64,000 bases of DNA from Trichoplax sp. H2 (lineage: Eukaryota), in NCBI GenBank assembly GCA_003344405.1, contig NOWV01000011.1, forward strand, positions 248,001 through 312,000, given 5' to 3'. Below the pieces are notes generated by a model. It did no database searches. It worked only from the letters and a program-made list of their open reading frames with translations, and had not been told where the DNA came from. Both the position numbers and the translations under genes were made by a program. Within the stretch, counting starts at the first letter, position 1. Each line of letters opens with the position of its first letter. Positions 15,073 through 28,700 of the stretch are shown here, one piece after another.

Positions 15073-18000
15073 TCATGCTACACCAACAGCAGAATAAATC
15101 TTCCTTACAAAGTAGTAGCTCGTCAAAAAACCAATCGAGCCTACAAGAGACCAAAAGAAACCCAGAATGAATATTAATGGAGTAACGTATGTCATCATTA
15201 CCTTTACATAAAATTGTATACGAAAGGCTGGCACACGTTTGCCTCGTATAACATTTTCTAAAAATAATAACTAACCCCCTAAGATGAATACAAATAACAT
15301 ATAGATTGTAGTATATCCAATAAAGAGGAATATGCTTGTTCCACCAACGAGACCAGACCTTATAGATACAAAATATATAGAATAAAGGAGTATATAAAAA
15401 CAGCAACCGCCGCCAGTTAAGAATGAGCGCCACCACCATTGGTAATCCTATGCATCAATGCCAAGCAAAAATAGAATAATTTCTGAGTACAGCGGTAATA
15501 CAATCGATTAGGCAAAATTCGTGTAAGTCCATGAACTATTATTCTATCTCAATAGAATATAAAATACCTCAACAGATAAATGAGCGTAACACAAGCATAT
15601 TGTTGACTCTGCAGTAGTTAGAATAAATACACAAAACAATGGAAAGAGAAATCCAGAGGCGTAAAAAATTTGATGCATCCTATAAAGTAATTTGTAAGCA
15701 TACAGAAGAATTCAAATATGGGTATAAGTAACAATTCACTATGCATGTACTAGTCTATTCATACTACTACCTACCATATCGAGCTTAAAATGAAGTAAAA
15801 TGGAATAAAAAAGCTTGAGAAGGGCAACAATCCACCCATGAGAACACCAGGCCATAGTTTCATAATAAATTTCTATATGATTAAAATATTTAAGTGATAT
15901 TTAGCACTATTATAATCCTTTCAATATCAATTATTAATCTTCGCAATATACGAGTATATATACATGCTTATTATCATCTGCACTATATAATACCGTTGGA
16001 GGAATTTTTCTCGGAATACGATTCGTTTCCACGGGATTTTGAATCGGCTGAAATAAAATTATTCAAGTTGGTTTAAAAGACGTCTTCATCTAAACGTTTT
16101 AAAAACTCATATATTTAATGTATGTACAAATTGTAACCTTCTTTTTAAAACCCAAAAAAGCTCCAATAAAAGTCATCGGCATTGAAATTCCAATCCTAAA
16201 TGTCATATTATTTTACATTTTAGCTGAATCGAATGGTCAACTGTAGTAATATCAATATCTAGGACAGGCTACTAGTATTAATACGTATGCGATGAAATTA
16301 AATGTAAGTATTTCACCCACCACAGTGCCATAACTGCTACAAAAGTACCAAAAGGTATAGCTGCCGAAGATTGTCCGGCCCATACAAATATATTTAACAA
16401 AAAGAAAATCGCTACAACCACCCTAGATAAATAAAAAATATTCTTTAGTAAGTTATAAAGAAAACGCTCAGCAAGCCAGAATAGAGAATCATAAATTAGC
16501 ATAAACTATAGCAAATATTACGTACGCAGGGAGCAGAAAAAATGTCATAAGTGTCATAGTTTTCCAATGGAGCCCTCCGATTGCTATAAATATAACAGAT
16601 ATTTCTTTTATTACGAACATACAGCTGTACATAAAAGTATCGATAAAGATTGCTATGGTTACCTTTATAAATCCTTGCTGCCGTATAACCAGCAAAACAA
16701 CTTGAAAACAAGTAAAGAAACTGCAATACCAGAAAGTAGACAGTAAGTACGTTATTAAATTATAGCTGTACGCATATTATACCGAATTAAATGAATGTTA
16801 AATACCAGAGCACATGTTGCAAGCTCTCCGCGTGAAGCTGGAGATAGCGCTCCAAAGCAAGCGAGCACTAATGCGAATGATATAAACACTTTAGTTATAA
16901 AAGGAAAGATCTTTTAATGTAATCGCCCTAACTAAATGTTTGTCATCCATTCTTCATCTTACGCAGTATGATGGTAGTAGTAATAAGGAGTTGTATTCCA
17001 GTGCCAGATAAAATTGATAATAACATAGTCTTTCCAGGAGGTCGAAATATGTCACCATGAATCAATTTCCATCCAGGTTCTGCCTGAGTTTTCTCCTTTT
17101 AAATAAGATACACTTATGATCAGACATTGTAGGAAAAGCTGTATACACAGTAGATAAAAAAAAGGTTAGTTTAGTAGTGTGCGAATTATACCAAAGACTG
17201 TGATCGACAACATCTGATTTCTTTATTGCGGAGAGTTCGAAGAAGTATTAAAGCCACGCAAGCACAGAGTAGTACAGCGACAATCGTAGAATTTATCAAG
17301 CTGCAGTAAAAAAATGTTAGTCGATAACTGATAGTTTATTTCATTTACAACGGGGTATAACCTTTCTTTACCTGAACCAAAGGATAGTGGGATGAGAATG
17401 AGATTTTAGGATGTAATCCCACCTGGATGACCACAAGGTGGAGTTGTCTCGCTAGTAATATTACAAATATAATGATCGCGAGAGACATAATAAATAAGCA
17501 TTAGCCAGGAAATAAAAACTAAGAAATTTCAACGTATTTACCTTAAAATGTACAGAATAAGTGTAGGTTATTGATGTATTCACTACTAGGTTATCTCTGA
17601 ATATCCATGGAGAAGTGATATTGCAGTTAACCATATTCGGTGGATGGCGAATACTAATTACATCATATTTCAATCGTTGTCAGATATACTGGCAGTTAGT
17701 GCGCAATAGGTACGTAGCGATATCAAATGCAGCCTACCTACGAAGCGTAGCTATAGCAGATACAATATTCGCCCCTTGGTTTTTATTTTCGTTTTCATAG
17801 TTATAAGAAATTGTTATATCAACATGATTATAGACATAATAGCGATTTACTTTTTCCTAAGATTGCAGAAACATAATATAGTGTTAACCATTTTAGTTAT
17901 GGTATACGAGCATGATGAATTCATTTAGATTGCAGTGTATAGTATTATACCGAACATATTTGATTATCCATGCAGCCACCGATAAAAATTCCTAGCGAGT

Positions 18001-21000
18001 CAATAGTTTGATGGTTGATAGCTTGAAAACATTGTGTTACTGGCATATTATCGATGAGCCTAATGATATAGGATAGATATAATGAGATATTATTTGGAGT
18101 TTAAAAATAAATGTTATAAACTTGTAGCAATTACAAACGATGACATAATCTTGTCATGACAAAACGTAGTTAAAGCATTAGGAAGAACCAATAGATTTTT
18201 ATTACATAATTTAGTACAGCGTAACCAAGATTAACTAGATTACAGACGAACACTACAATCTTTCTAACTACTGTATTACGGTGACTAACACAAAAGACCT
18301 TGTCACTATACAAGTATTTCTTTAACTATAATTTATAATTGCATAAATAAGATCAACCAGGACTTACCAATTGTTAAGGTATCTCTTGACTATGCCATAT
18401 TTTAATTTCTTCAGTTTAGCTAGACTACTCTTATCCCCTTGAAAATAGCTTTTAGTACAAACTTTTGCACAATTAACATCTTCCAGAAAATTGATCTAGA
18501 TAATGTCAATGTTTTAAATACATAATTTTATCATCTTTTCAAAATATATTCTTCACGCTGCATCGATATACTTACAGCATAAGGTGCTATGTGAAGGCGA
18601 TCTCCAATCAGAACCTATCATACATCAATGCATCATTTAGCAAGTAGATGGTAATCAGATCGATGCTATCGTTTAAGCACTAGACGATGGACAATCATTA
18701 TAGTAGAGTTTATGTTTTATGAATTCCAACTCTAGCATAAGTACAGTAGCGTAGTACTAACCATTTTCAGATGTATATTTTGAAATTATAAATAAGACGA
18801 ATCAATGAGTGCAGTCCTCAGTTTTATCCTATTTATTTCTCATGAAGACCAATCAATGCAACAGTTTCTAATATCAAGCTTAAATAATGTATCTCATGAG
18901 ATAGGAACATAGTCGTACCTCCATCACTTATAGAATAGCAACAACTTTCATTAAGCGTGGCACATACGTCTTAGATACTTGGTTTTTAAACAGTATTTTT
19001 GATTTATTCAAATGGTATGATATTATTTTTGTTATAATGATTACTATATGATTTTGATAGCAAGAAATTGTATAATACAGTATAGGTCTTATTTACATTA
19101 ATTTTACACTTTAAAGAGAAGTTCTCGAAAATAGATTTCATCAACCTTCGTAATAACTATATTATAATTATTATCCAGTAAGATTTTACTAGCCAATTTC
19201 AAAGCAGATTTAACCTTTACTCTTCAAGGATGCAACTATTAACTAAATTACGGCCAATACTAGCATGTTGAATTTTATGACTATACTCACAACACTATAC
19301 GGATATGTTAGTCTGTCGAATTTCTAGTTTGGAAATTTTAAAATTACAAAATTGCACGTTGAACTACCTAACATAAAATCAATCGATGAAAGTGAACAGA
19401 CATTATATATTGATATCATCGCTGGTAAGATTGGTAGTGATGTTAACTTAACAGTAATACAGTACAGTATCGTGATATTACAGTCTACATTTTTTGCGAA
19501 CTGATCAGATTATTCAATTCAAACTGATAACTTCTACTACCTACTTTCATTATCTATGAGTGGTATTAAATTTATCAAGCTAACTTTAGTGCATTTAAAA
19601 AGTTACGATAGCCGATAATGGCCATTTACCTGACCAATCGTTTCTGCAGGGGCAACCTTGCTGCCATTGTACTGGCAGAAATCAAACCTATATCATGGAA
19701 TGGATACAAGAAGAAATGTCAGGATTATTTACTGTTGAAGGCTACAGTACTGTGTTACCATGCAGGATAGATCATTTATTTATAATATTTGTAATATAAT
19801 CGTATGAGAAGATGACATATTTACACTTTTATTGGGCAAAATTGCATCATACAGTTCATACTTACGAAGAATATTCATACGGTTCAGCAACTTTCGGACT
19901 ATTTAAAGTATTGACCATGAAAGGAATTTCTGACTTTATTGACAGTCAGCAAGTAAAGGCAGTCCATCATCATCATCGAGTCGATGATGAAGGAAAATGT
20001 TCAATAAATATCGTAATGGTATCATTCATATTTCGGACGATGAAGAAGGAATGGTAATTTACCAAACATTGCAGTGCCGTCATCCGTGTTCACATTCGTG
20101 AAGGAGAAAAGGCATTCAATAAACACAGCAGTGCCACCATCCATGTTTCCATTAATGAGCATGGAATGATGTCCAACAAAGTATTACATTGCCATTAACA
20201 AGATTGCGATTAATGAAGAAAGGAAAATATTTCAATTTACACTACTAACATTTATCCATTTCATATCTCATTAAGTGCTTTTGAGTTAAAGTATTACATG
20301 CACTGTACGTATTCTAGTCTAACATGCTATCTATTCTATGCGTTGTGGAGATTTCTCTTTTATTACAAAAAGATATCCTAAATATCGTATTAGGACGACA
20401 TTACAATGTACTCGTATATTAGGCGTTAACAGTATGCAATTGGCATGCTAGATTAAAGTCGTCCAAAAAACAGCTGAATAGGATCTAACTTGAAGATAAT
20501 CCCGAATAAGGAGTCGAAAAATGCTGATGTACGATATCGAATAGTCACTTGATGATTAACCACCGATTACATCGGATATAAGATATAAATAAATGTCGCA
20601 ATGCTCATCCATGTTTCCATTTCATACAATACAAGATTGGGTCGAAGTTAGAGTAATTACAATAGAAACAACTGGAGTGATTCGTCTTCAAGTGATTACT
20701 GAAAACTAAATCAAGAATGCTTTAACACAATATCTAGTCGCTATTAGACGAATATTATATCCTCTTTGGATACTATTATGCAAAATTGAGTTGAGATTAC
20801 AACTGTGATCATTAAAGTACCGTAGAAATAGGACTGTGGAATCTTCAAGTGACTACCGAAAACAAAGCCAATGAAGCTTAAGATACGATACATATTTGCT
20901 ATTTGGCAATCAATACCGAATCCTATTTGGATAATACCTTGCAAGATAGAGTGGCTTTAGCTTTTGGACAGTAAAATGATGGTTTACCACCAGGTAGGTA

Positions 21001-21075
21001 AAAAGCAAAACTTAGACTGAAGGATAGCAATAATTGGAGTGCTAGAAGAATTATACGCAATTTCGATCGCATCAT
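15073..21075 (-). CDS. Divergent TM9SF2-like paralog (copy b); multi-exon, apparently intact
   Basis: Exon 1 (21075-20938) MMRSKLRIILLALQLLLSFSLSFAFYLPGGKPSFYCPKAKATLSCK is 138 nt, the same length as in copy a. Further exons: [100 protein letters not shown]. The last exon ends YFVRKIYSAVGVA with TGA at 15075-15073. Intron positions match copy a where compared, and no stop was seen in the exons translated. Confidence 0.92.
19950..20240. repeat. Degenerate tandem repeat, about five units of 53-58 bp, in intron 1 of TM9SF2-b
   Basis: A (a/g)tgaag(g/a)a-like marker followed by ...caa(t/c)aaa...cagtgcc..catcc recurs near 19986, 20039, 20097, 20155 and 20212. A partial copy (catccatgtttccatt) lies near 20606. 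Confidence 0.6.
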
Positions 21076-21836
21076 TCTGAAAAATTTTCCTTATTTTCGA
21101 TCAATCTGCCCACCAAAGTAAGTTCACTAGGTCTAGTATAGACTACCAAATAGCTTTTCCACAGAATAAATCAGTAAAATTGCCTAATAGCGGCTAATGA
21201 TGGTAAATATACGATTCTTGAATAACAAAGTGAGGATTGGAAGACCTTGCTCAGCTATACAGTATAACTGCACTATGGCTGTGGACGAGGAATGAAGTGA
21301 TGGAATACTGTATAGTGCTACAGTCTGCAATAAATTCTAGTCTATACTATAGTTATAATCGCTTGAATGAGCATAAAGACTGTCTTATGATTAAAACTCC
21401 ACGCATCCTATAATGATGCTCATACATAATTAATTTTTATGACCATAGTAAATCCTTATAATATTTACGACTAAAACAGGATATCATTAGAATGTTCAGG
21501 ATCGATTTTATAATATATTGAGCTAGTACTATATGTTTGTGTCACTTTTATAAGCTTATAAGTGAAATGAATAATGGAATAGTACGATTTTACTTGATCG
21601 ATGTAAAGGAAATTTGCTTATACCGTGGAAGGTAGAGCAACTCTAACTACAGTATAGTAAGTGTGCAGCGCCTGCTATAAAATCAGCCAAATAATTTCAG
21701 AACCACAGTATATGAGAGAGACTAGACAACAGATCAATTTTGAATGGAGAATAAAAGTATATATACTGGCCTTATTATTGGTCTCCTAAGTATATTGGTA
21801 CAGAGATAAAAGAATATACTATCAATTAATATCAAC

Positions 21837-22050
21837 TAAATCTATCTGTAGTCTACGTCGTTTCTATTAAGTACAGTAATTGTCTATTTAGATCAGGTAT
21901 TTTTATTGCATTAAATCTGCCTGTAGTCTATGTTGTTTCTATAAAGTAATCGCTTATTTTAGATTAGTAATGTTATTGCATTAAATCTATTTATAGTTTC
22001 TATCGTTTCTATAAAGTAATTGCCTATTTAGATTAGCAATTTTATCGCAA
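21837..22050. repeat. Intergenic tandem repeat, three units of about 70 bp
   Basis: taaatct...tagt...gtttctat(a/t)aagta...att...tattt(t)agat.ag...ttat(t/c)gca starts near 21837, 21912 and 21982. Confidence 0.85.
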
Positions 22051-22761
22051 AGATTGATAAATCGATAAGTAGTAGGAGTAGATTTTACTCATATGAGTAC
22101 TTATCATCTCTAAAAAAAAAAGACAATCGCTTGCTTATATCACTAGTTCTGTTGTAAAGGCGGACTACACATCCTGCAGCATCAGTACAATATTCTGTCT
22201 AGTTATATGCAAGGTCATACTCAATTCATGCCGTACTTTATCATGCACTATAATCATATAAATGATTTTCGCTTGTACGTGTACGAGTTGATATATTACA
22301 TAACGATGTTTAGTAGAGAATAATGAATTAGTAATCCTCCATAATTTAAATCATAATAAATATTTATAATCGAAGATCAAACATCACAATTTCTCGGTTT
22401 AACAACACCGTACAACTTTAAAATCGATCAGAATAAAGTATATTCTATAAACATGCAATATTAGGCATACACTTGTTCAAGCTATTCAATAAGCGCAGAG
22501 CCAAAAGGTAACTCAAAGTACAATATTACCGTAAATATGCCGAAACTGAAGTTTTAACATTAAAAGCGGATAAAATATAGAGAAATGGAAAAGACATTTA
22601 TAAATTAAAGTAACAGTCTCTCTCAACATAATTACAATCGGAGTACAAATAGATCGGAAACAATAATAAAGAATGTATACTCATCATCTGATTATATATT
22701 ATATATTAAACATGATCAAATCTTTGGATTGTATAACTTTTAAAGAATTGGTATTACTTGG

Positions 22762-25700
22762 TCAATGACGGACAACATTGTGGCGACTTCGATTGTTAGT
22801 AGTATACATTTCGATCAGTCGTAGGACTTCGGAATCTTCAGCATTACGCGGATCAGCTATTGAATCAGTTACAAATACACTCGTCAATTGCAATCATGTG
22901 CTAGCAATGACATTGATAATGAAGTTGTCATCAATGGGTCTAATTCATTATCGCTTTAAAGTTAATTCATTGCAGCATTAATATCAACAAATTTAGGTGT
23001 ATTTATATCGACAATGTTATAATCCTACATTTGGTCTACCGGCAGAGTTAACATAGATAAGAAATTCGAATTATGGCCTAATTTAATTTCTTTGCAAGGT
23101 TATGCATTAATAATATCATTTCTTTTATCTTACTTCGACTATTAAGAGATTCATCGTTTGCAATGTTGTTACCAATAACTGATTTCGTCTTTCCTATTAA
23201 CAATATAGTTATCATGAAATATCAGAGATTTAATTATTATGTATAAGCTAAATGTATCATAAAATTGTTAAATAAAACGCTCATGTTAATCATTGCATCA
23301 TAGGTACCCTGCTTCTTGCGAGATGAAGGCAAAAACTTTCTAGAATCGTTAATGTTTTCCTAAAAACAAACACAATTTTATCAAACAAAAAATTAATAAA
23401 GCTAGATCAAAATACAGCACCAGTGTTATGTAGAAGAAGATCTGCTCATAACTTGAAGCCTTAATCTTAGATTTACCTCTTTTACTAGTAATTCTACCGA
23501 AGTCTTGGCCAGTCGACTAGGTCGTAGCATCTTAACATTCCACTTAACTGCACTACCATTTGAATCGATAGCCTGTAATAGAAATAACGGTTATAAGTAC
23601 AAAGGCAATTGATTTATAAGATTTCAATTTCTATCTGACGTTTACAGTATAAGTATAGAAAGAATAGGCAGCTCCATACCTGATCGATTACCTCTTCTCT
23701 ACCTTTTATATCATCATCAATAGATAACTATAATATAAAGATTTTAGACGTAGCAAAACCAATTTTATTTTATGCTCTTTTGGTCGATTTAAAAGAAATG
23801 AAAGATTATATTACAAATCGTGGATAATTCTAGTGAACTTTAGTCCGACTCTACAGTATAATTCTAGGTGTAAAATTTATCAAAATACTTTACTTTTTCC
23901 ATTTCATGATCAAGTTTCGTACTCCGCTGTCCCTGATTTATGATACGCAAAATTATATTAGTTGCATATCGATAGTGATCAATTTCAAATTTCGGTACAA
24001 AATTTTGATTTATTAATATTACAACCTCGTTTATAGTAGTATCTGTTCCTTTTCCGTCAAATTTCTAGCCCAGTTAAAAGAAAAAATAGTTTAATCGTTC
24101 CAAGAAAATTAATTATGACTACACTGATGCTAAATAAACAATGATTTAACGCATTGCAGGAAAATCGTTACGAGAAAGACGCACATTATATTTCATTTAA
24201 TAACAACAGTGAACACTATGAAAAGGAATTAATCTTAATTTGCTAATATGATAAAATTTCACTGTTTTACTTACATAAGTCAAGCGATTAAGAAGAGATA
24301 ATAAATTTTTCGCATCGTTTATTTCCAAGTCAAAGGAATAAGACACAGTTTTATCTACCAAAAATGTAACTCATCTGATTAGGTAGAGTACACCACTGAT
24401 AATAATTCTTGATACCTATCGTAACTTTTGCAACTGCATACAGTACCTTCTATTTCGATGCTTGTGTAAGATTTATTTCCTGAATTACGTAACTTAGTAT
24501 TTACTTTAAAATTTGCCGATATCGGAATATCACCCTGTAAACCGGCGCAAAAATAAAGTTAAATATCAAAAGATATTGGAAAGGGATGTCTATCATTGGA
24601 ACCATGAGACAAATGTTAGCTATTGATCTCACCCGACAATAGTATCCACTTAATTTTTCAACTACACCTACAAGTGCAACAGCCGTATCAAAAACCAATA
24701 CGTAACGGTCGCTGGCCTATGATACAGTATTGTAAAATAATACATGTATATAGTTATCATAGAAGATTTGTAAGTCAGAAATAGAAAATAATAGAATAAA
24801 TAATAGTATTGTATAGCACTGTATTTATGCTAGACCTCAGGATCATTCATTTGTGTCTTGCACATGAACATTGGTAAGCCGTATCTACCCTTGAGCTGAG
24901 TAAAATGATGTATGCAGCATTAAAAAAATTAGAATAGTATTTCCCGAACAAGTAACCAAGCAATTTACAAGCGATACCGTACAAGTTAATAGAAATCACC
25001 GATCAATTTAAAGTAAATAATATTATTTTATTCTATCATAGTTAAAACTTTAAACTATTATAACCACAAATACTATGCGTGTATACTGCCATACTATGAT
25101 ACACATGCAGAGAGCAAAGCAACAATCACGCTAGATAATAAACTCATAGTTTACATTGCAACCATTACAAAATTGCAATGATAAGTTATCATGCCATATT
25201 GGAGCAAAGAGATGAAGTGATAAAACAAACCATATGCTGTCCAATTTATACAGCGAAATTATAACTTTACTGCTACTATCATTAAATTTTTGATTACCGG
25301 TATCAAAGTGATATAGCTAATTTAGAAAGAATCGTCAAATAAAGATACTATGCGAATCTCTAAAATAAGAGGTAAATCTTACAAAAAAAGTAGCTCCCTT
25401 TTATTATACATACGTTTTCATCCGGAAAGCCCTCGAGCTTCCCTGTAATAATGTCTGTTTCAATTTCTTTATTCTTCCTTACTATAGCGCATGATTTCTG
25501 TAATTGAAGATCCATCAAGGTTATAAACTAAATTACTATTTTAAGTATGATACTATAATATATAAATATTTTAAATAATCTAACAAAAACAATGACTATA
25601 AGGAATTACATTAATATCAGATAGCAATTCAAATGCTTCGAGTAATTTATTTCGTCCTGGATGATGATCCTAATAATAAAGACCATTGCATTAAAAATTT

Positions 25701-28700
25701 ATCTTGAAAACCGCTGTAATATAATCTATCAAATTAAACCTACTTCTACACTATTTAGTAGCTCTCTGAGTTTATTTGGGTACGCTTCTAAATGACGTAA
25801 AGGCTAAAATGGGCAAGGAATGTGAATGAAAATTACAAATTTTGAAGCATTAATGATATCAATGAATAGCATATTTTTCCTTAGTCCTTACAATGCTAAT
25901 GCAAGAGGTCACATTTGAGGACGTCTCCATTTTTGGTAACTGCATCTTTTCTAACAACGCATCCAAAGCTTCCCTGTTAAGGCGAATAAGAAAATGATCA
26001 GCTGCTATAAAATTTTAATTACATAATGCTAAAGACACATTACTACGAATGACGAAGTTATACCATACGTACTTATTCTGAATAATTGTTGAAGCTACAA
26101 CGGGATGACAACTAAAGTAACTTTTATAATTTTCCTCCAACTGTAACAATTATGTTCACTGGTTTCAATATGCGATAACATCAAGCGACTAAAATTCAAT
26201 TAATTGGTAAACCTCTTTACGATTTTCCAACAAAAAACTACCAATAGATTGATCATTTTCATGGAGGCTAGATTAAAGGAACAGAAATATTTACATAGAT
26301 TAAATAAGATTACGAAAACTAGTAGTATATCCAAAGTGTTAAAGAATGATCAATACTTACGCAATATTTTTTGTCAATCTAACAATAAAGGCCTCGTGCA
26401 ATATTTTAATAGAATCTAGGCTTGTATAAAGGGGTTGAAATTCCCCGGTAAAAATACTAATATATAAATAGTTTTATACAATATTTCCATTAGTCATATT
26501 GCATCCAGTCAATTACTCAAATACGCTAAACACTAACCTCCTTTCAGACTTTAACGGTAGTAAACACTGCGATAAAATATTCTATAGTCCATACCAAAAT
26601 TAATTTATCATATTATTTATAAAAATTTTTTAATAAAATTATCAAATTTTTTACTAACAAATAGCATACCTTTAATTCCTGAACGTAAACCTTTTCATTC
26701 GAGAGCAAATCCATCACCAACGACTTGTAGTACTGCCCGACTGTCCTGCGCTTTTCTTTATGATCTGGAAGTACTGCTATTTGCAGCATTTACGTGAATA
26801 TCATATATTTATAATCAGGAATCAATAACTAGCAATTACTTAATGCATAGCTTATTCAACAGATAGTGACGAAAGGATTATTAATTATCAATGGTAGAAT
26901 AGGTTGTATTTCTTTATAGTTTGAAAATGTCCTGCTATCCAATCTAACATATACACATATAACACTTACTAAAATGGAAAGTACATGCAATCCTATTTAT
27001 ATTTCGAAGTTAAAATTTATAGGATCCTTACGTTTATCACCTAGAACTGCGGATACACCAAGTTCTTCAGGTTGTTGCTTTGCTATAAAATTTAGGCTTG
27101 CAGACTAAAGAAAATAGAGTTTAAAATCATTATTTAAGGATATATTTACTAATAGACATCATGTGATTATTGTGCCTTACTGCCGTTATACGTATGCCCG
27201 TAAAAGTATCATAATTATAGAATTAGTTATCCTTATAAGATACTAGTGACAAAGTTTACCTTTCTTCTAAGCAAGTTTTCATTAGAAGCCTAAAAAATAC
27301 ATCAAAAGTATTATTTAACGACACAATATGTATAATTGCTACATAAAAATAATAACAAGCAATGAAAAGGTTTACTCGGTATTTTGACGATTCGTCTGTT
27401 ATTGTATGGCTCATGGTCTATGAAGTATAAACAGTAAATATCGATTATGTTTAACTTATAGCAATATATAAAAGCTTAACTCTATAAAGCATTATCTTGA
27501 CTAACCTCTTTAATTTTCGCTTTACCAGATAACTGACCGTAAACATTCAGTTTCTTTATAAGGTACACACGAATATTCAATATGAGATTGTATTGATCAA
27601 GTGATCGTAACAAAACTACCATTTACGGGTGATTAATACTAACGTCGTTAAGTTTCTTTTGTAAGATTCTCAGTATCTGTTCAAAATCTTTAACATCAAG
27701 GATATATGTCTCGTAGCTTTTATTATCTGTAGCAATAACAACGTTCCCTTAGTAAATCAATACTTGCCCATACTTGTTTCTACCATAGATACTTGAGGCA
27801 AGAATCCTTTAATCAATATATTTTAGTATCCTTCTTGTGATAAAACTAAACATAAAGCAGTCTTACCTCTGATTTCAATAGCACATTTATAGCCATCGCT
27901 ATTTTCATCAAGCTTAATCACATCATTTACTACAGTAATCCCAAGATCTGGGGTTATACTAAACGTACCCTAATGAAAGAAATAAGGTTTAAATATGTCT
28001 TATTATAAGCTATCATGGGTGTTAGTGCTTAAATCAATTTCTATTCCATATACGCTGGACAAAATTTATTTATAACCTCCAAACAGTATCCTTGAAATCC
28101 AGAACCCGCACTAACGAGCACAATCACTTTATCGAATATCAATAAATAGCGTTCCTTAGCCTAAAATAATATCAAAAAAAGGTAGAACAAAGAATCACAA
28201 CGGTTGTATCTCCAATGGGTATTTTTTTCGAAATTAAAAAATCTTGTACGGTTACTGTTAGTTAACTCTGTAGCAGAGATAGCAATGGTTGTATATGCTA
28301 TATAAAAATTAGCAGAAAAGAAGTAAATTTTATAGAAAATATTAAAGTTTACAATCTGCTTAGTTTTATTTACAGATACTCTATGTTCAATAATATATCC
28401 AGACATTAAAATGATAATAAAACGTATGGCCAACCTCGGCGGCTTTAATCCATACAGTGCATATGTAAATTGCTTTTCCGTAGGTGTGCGCTAACTATTT
28501 TTAGTTCATATATTTAAAAGCGATTAGATAAATGACAACTAGTATTATTTAATCAATCTATAGAGAAAGGTATAATTGCAGCTTACATATTTTCCTTCAA
28601 AACCTATCAATTTTTTAGTGACAATATCAATTTCAGTTTCTTTAGCTTTTCGCAATTTTGTACAAAGATTCTTTATCAAAGTAAAATGGTAAGTACGGTT

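Noticed and set aside
15068-15439. 123-aa minus-strand ORF that could suggest a frameshifted TM9SF2-b pseudogene
   Set aside because: It is an alternative frame over real exons; the correct frame ([13 protein letters not shown]...) splices cleanly to the last exon.
22086-22099. 14-bp palindrome tactcatatgagta (and a short (TA)n tract near 30076-30096)
   Set aside because: Short and AT-rich; expected by chance.
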